Source of the DNA: Candidatus Bathyarchaeota archaeon
Lineage (GTDB): Archaea; Thermoproteota; Bathyarchaeia; Bathyarchaeales; Bathycorpusculaceae
Length of the DNA: 64,000 bases
NCBI GenBank assembly: GCA_963733095.1
Contig: CAVTBV010000002.1
Span: forward strand, 64,001 to 128,000
Direction of reading: 5' to 3'
Shown here: positions 58,806-64,000 of the stretch, piece by piece
Layout: every line of letters starts with the position of its first letter
Numbering within the stretch: the first letter of the stretch is position 1
Made by a program: the position numbers and the translations under genes
The notes under the pieces: model-generated
Told to the model about the DNA's origin: nothing
The model's database searches: none
Seen by the model: the letters and a program-made list of their open reading frames with translations, nothing else

Positions 58806-59257
58806 ATGGCAAATTTTAGATGAAAACACCCTAAACAAGATAAAACAACAAAAGAATTTTGAAGATCAAACCGCCAAAAAACTCGCCCCCCTCTACGAAG
58901 CCGCAAAAAACCCTATAATCAAACTCCGTTCACCGCATCATCCTAGACACCCAAAAACACTGCGATACCTACCAAATCCTACTTGAAATGAACAACCGAG
59001 CTATGATGGGTCCAGAAAGCAAGGCACTGGGTGAGGCAGAAATCAAAAGTCACATAGCCGAAGAAGCCAAAATGCTAAAGTTAACCACAGAAATCAGCCA
59101 AACCCTCAAAGACAAAAAAACAAAACAAATCATCGACAGCATCGTAGAAGACGAAAAACGACACCACCGTGACCTACTCAAACTCTTAGAACTCCTCAAA
59201 AAAGAAGCCCGAGAATGGGACACCTACCTCTACGACCTCATAACAGGCTTCCCCTAA
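58806..59257 (+). pseudogene. Ferritin-like four-helix protein, two frameshifts
   Basis: ATG at 58806 shifts frame immediately, with a second shift near 58927. Restored, it reads ...FE...AKKL..LY...HRIILDT.KH...EE...EDEKRHH. Confidence 0.7.
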
Positions 59258-59285
59258 AACCACTTGCCCAAACTAGACCCAGCTG

Positions 59286-60899
59286 CTAAAGGGGTAGTTT
59301 AATCAGAAATTTTGTGCCCTTCCCAGCCTTGCTCTCAAAGCCTATGCTGCCGCCCTCAGCCTCCACCAAACGCTTAACCACTGCTAACCCTAAACCTTGA
59401 CCTTTAGCTTTAGTGGTAAACATAGGTGTGAAAACTTTAGCTTTAACTTCCTCAGATATGCCCACGCCGGTGTCTGCGATGGATAGGTTGATGCTGTCTT
59501 CTTGTCGGTAGCCCTCGATTGTGAGTTGGCCGCCGTCTGGCATGGCTTGGAGGGCGTTGTTGATTAGGTTAGTGAGTGCCCGTCTGGTAAAGGTGGGGTC
59601 GAGACGTACAGGTGGGAGAGGCTTAATGTTGATTGAGAGTTTTATGTTGCTGGGGACGGCGATTGTTTTGAATACATCATCGATTAGATTCGCCAAATCA
59701 TCCTGCTTATATTCGGGGGTTAGCTGTCTTGAATAATCCTGCAGGTCCGCAACTATTTTGTTAATGTAGCCTATGCCCTGCTCTATATCATCTAGACTTT
59801 CGTTGATGCCCTGTTTTGCTTTAGTCTGCGGCATGTTGGCTACTTCCGTTTTTATTAGGTAGACATCACTTGTCAGCGCCTGCAGTGGATTACGTATGTC
59901 ATGGCCGACCATTCCCGCGGTTTGACCGATAGCTGCAAGACGCTCGTAAGCAACCAACTGCTTAGTGCGTTCTTTCACTAGTTCTTCGAGGTGCTTGCTG
60001 TATTGCTCTATTTTTTCTTGGTCCTGTTTCCGCTGGGTGATGTCGCGGATGCCGCCGATAAACAACATCGTTTTGCCACTGCTGTCTTTTATTGCTTTCG
60101 CGGTGTCTTTAACGATGATGTAGCCGCCGTTTTTATGCCGTAAGCGGTATTCGATCGAGTATCTGTCAATCTTTGGGTTGTTTCTTACCTCATCCCATTT
60201 AGCCAGCACATACGAGACATCATCGGGATGCATACGACTCAAAGCCCAATCGATCGTGCGGTCCTCCCCCTCCTCTGGCTTAAACCCCACCAGCTCCTCC
60301 TCGCCCCTAACAATGTGAACCTTTCCCGTCACAAGATCAGACTCATAAACCAACACGTTAGCAGCTTCAGCCACCGCCCGAAAACGCTCCTCACTACGCC
60401 TTAGCGCCTCCTCAGCTAGTTTCTGCTCCGTCACATCTTGATCCACACCCACGACAACTCTGGCTTTGCCGTCACCTGTAACCTCTCTTACTTGACGCTG
60501 AGAATGAAGAATCCGAACCGAACCATCACGCCTGATAATTCGGTAATCAAAGTTCTCCCTATGGTTCAAACTAGCGTTCAGCATAGTCTCCATGTTTTTG
60601 GCTGCCATAGCCAAGTCATCTGGATGAATGAAGCTCGTGTACTCTTCCCAAGTGAGACCTTCGATTTTGGGTTCTATCCCAAAAATATGAAACATCTCCT
60701 CGGACCAAATAGCTCTTGACTGGGATGTATTGAATTCCCAGCTGCCAAAATGAGCTAGCTGCTCAGCTAGGGCAAGCAGTTTAGTGTTTTGGTCCGATAT
60801 TTTGCATGGTGCCTTCTGCTTTTTTGTTGAAAGTAATTGAGAATCAGACGTAGAGGCAGACAAGACATTTGCCCCATAAATAACTAAACCCGAAAACAA
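59286..60899 (-). CDS. PAS-domain sensor histidine kinase
   Basis: Two PAS_3 domains (IHPDD/MHPDD), GHDIRNPL, NLINNA, DTGVG, GQGLGL. Confidence 0.93.
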   Translation of the reverse strand: MFSGLVIYGANVLSASTSDSQLLSTKKQKAPCKISDQNTKLLALAEQLAHFGSWEFNTSQSRAIWSEEMFHIFGIEPKIEGLTWEEYTSFIHPDDLAMAAKNMETMLNASLNHRENFDYRIIRRDGSVRILHSQRQVREVTGDGKARVVVGVDQDVTEQKLAEEALRRSEERFRAVAEAANVLVYESDLVTGKVHIVRGEEELVGFKPEEGEDRTIDWALSRMHPDDVSYVLAKWDEVRNNPKIDRYSIEYRLRHKNGGYIIVKDTAKAIKDSSGKTMLFIGGIRDITQRKQDQEKIEQYSKHLEELVKERTKQLVAYERLAAIGQTAGMVGHDIRNPLQALTSDVYLIKTEVANMPQTKAKQGINESLDDIEQGIGYINKIVADLQDYSRQLTPEYKQDDLANLIDDVFKTIAVPSNIKLSINIKPLPPVRLDPTFTRRALTNLINNALQAMPDGGQLTIEGYRQEDSINLSIADTGVGISEEVKAKVFTPMFTTKAKGQGLGLAVVKRLVEAEGGSIGFESKAGKGTKFLIKLPL

Positions 60900-61003
60900 C
60901 TAATAAGACTTTTCAACCAATCAGAAAAATTAGAAAGCTAAACCAACACGAGAAAGACCACAAAAGAAGAGAAAGAAACCCTGTAGTAGTCGTAGCAGTA
61001 GCC

Positions 61004-61113
61004 ATGAAGTCAATAAAGGATATAACCACCACCATCGAAGATCTAAAACCACAACTCAGAGAACTTTTTAAAGTGAAAACCATCGGTTTATTCGGCTCTT
61101 AAGTTCACGGCGA
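61004..61113 (+). pseudogene. Minimal nucleotidyltransferase (MNT antitoxin) fragment
   Basis: MKSIKDITTTIEDLKPQLRELFKVKTIGLFGS*VHGE has the GLFGSY.RGE motif with a nonsense codon and is then truncated. Confidence 0.7.
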
Positions 61114-61469
61114 AACTTTTAATCAAGGTTTACCTCTAAAATCTCTTCAAGTTTGATTTTTTGACTTTTTGGAATCTTCTTAGCTATGCATGCATCGATG
61201 TGCCCGTGAAGAGCTGGGGCGTCTTCGTTGGCGTGTTGGGTGTGAAGCGTGAGCATGTGATTTTGGCTCAGATTGCTTTTTGCTACAGTGATGGGCTCTT
61301 TTACATTGATTATACGGCGGTGCCGTCGCCTTGGGCGACAAGTGCAACATTGTTCGAGGAGGGACATGTTGATACCGAGCAAGCTAAATGTGGGTTGCTT
61401 GACCTTTTGATAAGTTTTATATGATTCTGTATGCCTATTTTATTGTTTCAAGGGAGTTAGTACCCAATA

Positions 61470-63968
61470 ATGGATGAGTTTTCCCGTAAGCATTCCATGA
61501 ACGCTACGTCTAACGCTAATTGCACGAATGCTGAAGAGAAACTCAATGCAAGCGAAGAACGTTACCACTCCCTGTTCTCGAACATGATAGATGGCTTTGC
61601 TTTCTGCCAGATGATCTTTGATGAAGAAAACAAGCCAATCGACTTTGTTTACTTAGAAATTAATGACGCTTTTGAGCGGATAACTGGGATGAAAAGGGCA
61701 CTAGTCATCGGAAAGAAAGTGACGCAAGTTATTCCTGGAATCAAAGAAGCAAACCCAGAATTATTCGAAATCTACGGCAGAGTTGCCTTATTTTGCAAAG
61801 AAGAAAAGTTTGAAACATTCTTTAAGCCCCTAAGTTTGTGGCTGTCCATATCCGTTTATTGTCCACAAAAAGGTTACTTTGCCGCCATATTCGAAGACAT
61901 TACAAAACGCAAACAAGCCCAGGAGGCATTGGTGGAAAACGAGAAACGCCTCAACCGAAGCCAAGAAATTGCGCATCTGGGAAGCTGGGAACTTGACCTA
62001 ACTAATAATCAGCTTACGTGGTCTGATGAAGTTTACCGAATCTTCGGGTTGAAACCCCGAGAATTCGGTGCCACCTATGAAGCTTTTCTTAGCGCGGTAC
62101 ACCCTGACGATAGGGCAGCAGTTGACGCAGTATACTCACGTTCGTTGCTTGAGGGAAGAGATTCATATGAGATTGAGCATCGGGTTGTAAGAAAAAACAC
62201 AGGCGAAATACGGGTGGTTTACGAGAAATGCGAGCATTTTCGAGATGAATCTGGCAAGATTATCCGCTCAGTCGGTATGGTTCATGATATAACAGAACAA
62301 AAGAAAGCTGAGCAGGAGCTTTGGAGGGCAAAGCAAGATTGGGAACGCACATTTGACAGCGTCCCAGATTTAATAGCGGTTTTGGATAATGATTTTAGGA
62401 TTCTTCGGGCTAATCGCGCTATGGCGCAGCAGTTGGGGGTATCTAAGGAGGCTGCGGTTGGGTTGTTCTGTTATGAATGCGTGCATGGATTGGAAGGTCC
62501 GCCTGATTTTTGTCCTCACGCCCAAACCGTGAATGATGGCAAAGAGCACAGGGCTGAAGTACATGAGCCTCGTTTGGGAGGTGACTTCTTGGTTAGTACA
62601 ACGCCGCTTAGAGATGACCAAGGAAACCTTGTGGGCACCGTTCATGTTGCCAGGAACATCACTGAACGCAAAAAATCTGAGAAAGCATTAAGCAACCTCA
62701 ACCGTCACTTAAGAGCCATCAGCAACAGCAACCAAGCCCTTATACATGCAACTGATCAGAATGACTTAACCCAAGAAGTATGCAACATAATTATCCACGA
62801 TTGTGGCTACCCTCTTGTTTGGGTGGGAATGGCGGAACATGACAAAAACAAAACGGTGCGCCCAGTAGCCTATGCTGGATTTGACAAAGAATACATCGAC
62901 CAGTTGAAAATAACTTGGGCAGACAAACCGCGCGGACGCGGACCCACAGGAAAAGTAATCCGAACAGGAAAACCCTACGTTTGCAAGAGCTTAAAAACGG
63001 ATCCTAACTTTGCGCCATGGCGTGAACTTGCAATGAAAAGAAAATACACCGCAACCCTTGTCCTACCTTTAAATTCGTTTGAGGGTAAAACCTTCGGTGC
63101 CCTAAACATCTACAGCCAAGGGCCAGATCCATTCCCTGAAGAAGAAATCAAACTCTTAACTGAACTTGCAAACGACTTTGCTTATGGGATTGAGCTTTTG
63201 AGGCTTCGCAAAGAACGAGAACAATCGACTTCTCAACTAGAAAAATACGCTAACCAAATGGAAGAGCTTGCTAATGAAAGAGCAAAACAACTCAAAGAAA
63301 ACATGCGGCTTGTGGTCATCGGGCAAACAGCTGGCATGGTTGGGCATGATATCCGTAATCCGCTGCAAGCCATAGTTGGAGAACTTTATCTTGCAAGGGA
63401 CGAAGTGGCTTCAATGCCCAGTGGCGATGCAAAACGGAACCTTCAAGAAAACATTTCGGCTATCGAGGAAAACCTGTTCTACATCGACAAAATAGTTGCA
63501 GACCTACAAGATTACACCAAACCACTCAAACCCAACAAAGAAAAAATCGCCGTCGAAAAAGCCATCGAAGAAGCATTACTCATAGTTGCTATCCCAAGTA
63601 ACCTCCAGGTAAACATAGAAATTGAAAAGAACTATCCAAACCTCACCGCCGATCTTGCAATGCTAAAGCGGGCACTAATGAACTTAATCCAAAACGCTGT
63701 ACAAGCGATGCCAAACGGTGGATTATTAAAGATAAATGCAAAGTACACCGCAAATTACGCTTACATCATTGTTGAAGATACAGGCGAAGGCATCCCCCAA
63801 GAAGTAAAAGACAAACTTTTCACCCCCCTGTTTACCACAAAATCAAAAGGTCAAGGTTTTGGATTAGCAGTCGTGAAACGCTTAATTGAAGCTCAAGATG
63901 GTTCAATAACTTTTGAGAGCCAACTGGGCAATGGTACAACCTTCACCATAAAGTTGCCCTTAACCTAA
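61470..63968 (+). CDS. PAS/GAF sensor histidine kinase
   Basis: Three PAS domains, GAF (GRGPTG..IRTG), GHDIRNPL, NLIQNA, DTGEG, GQGFGL. Confidence 0.93.
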   Translation: MDEFSRKHSMNATSNANCTNAEEKLNASEERYHSLFSNMIDGFAFCQMIFDEENKPIDFVYLEINDAFERITGMKRALVIGKKVTQVIPGIKEANPELFEIYGRVALFCKEEKFETFFKPLSLWLSISVYCPQKGYFAAIFEDITKRKQAQEALVENEKRLNRSQEIAHLGSWELDLTNNQLTWSDEVYRIFGLKPREFGATYEAFLSAVHPDDRAAVDAVYSRSLLEGRDSYEIEHRVVRKNTGEIRVVYEKCEHFRDESGKIIRSVGMVHDITEQKKAEQELWRAKQDWERTFDSVPDLIAVLDNDFRILRANRAMAQQLGVSKEAAVGLFCYECVHGLEGPPDFCPHAQTVNDGKEHRAEVHEPRLGGDFLVSTTPLRDDQGNLVGTVHVARNITERKKSEKALSNLNRHLRAISNSNQALIHATDQNDLTQEVCNIIIHDCGYPLVWVGMAEHDKNKTVRPVAYAGFDKEYIDQLKITWADKPRGRGPTGKVIRTGKPYVCKSLKTDPNFAPWRELAMKRKYTATLVLPLNSFEGKTFGALNIYSQGPDPFPEEEIKLLTELANDFAYGIELLRLRKEREQSTSQLEKYANQMEELANERAKQLKENMRLVVIGQTAGMVGHDIRNPLQAIVGELYLARDEVASMPSGDAKRNLQENISAIEENLFYIDKIVADLQDYTKPLKPNKEKIAVEKAIEEALLIVAIPSNLQVNIEIEKNYPNLTADLAMLKRALMNLIQNAVQAMPNGGLLKINAKYTANYAYIIVEDTGEGIPQEVKDKLFTPLFTTKSKGQGFGLAVVKRLIEAQDGSITFESQLGNGTTFTIKLPLT

Positions 63969-64000
63969 CTTTTTCTAAATAAAACAAGTAGCGGTGGACC

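Noticed and set aside
61119-61424. Overlapping ORFs between the two kinases
   Set aside because: No recognisable family; probably a decayed remnant.

Overview
This is an archaeal chromosomal segment, most likely Bathyarchaeia. That placement is inferred from aIF1A, eL33/L35Ae, Mre11-Rad50, an Lhr helicase, GHDIRNPL-type PAS kinases, PEF-like C-terminal sorting signals and TATA-type promoters. Cofactor biosynthesis dominates the window. (i) A pterin/methanopterin-like cluster at 3.0-10.8 kb mixes archaeal genes (DUF447, MJ0107-like dihydropteroate synthase, DUF1464, two RFAP-synthase paralogues, one with a rewired active-site loop) with bacterial-type folB/folK plus queD and folE2/mptA. It lies next to a divergent B12-dependent radical SAM gene. 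(ii) moaCBA. (iii) A roughly 20 kb cobalt-uptake/anaerobic corrin/tetrapyrrole supercluster carries a divergent HTH regulator and a palindromic site. Also present are pyrDK, lhr, mre11-rad50, a translation/nucleic-acid-binding island (L35Ae, aIF1A, LysW-like Zn ribbon, three CxxC-x17-CxxC domains, an OB-fold protein) and two PAS histidine kinases. Reading the DNA directly revealed several genes missing from the ORF track: a 16-aa Lys-rich peptide, a 38-aa membrane peptide in cbiMNQO, a LysW-like gene lacking a canonical start and in frame with the aIF1A amber stop, and Cys-rich microproteins. It also revealed about seven decayed accessory genes. No tRNA, rRNA, CRISPR array or transposase was recognised. 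Family assignments come from motif recognition by eye, not database searches.
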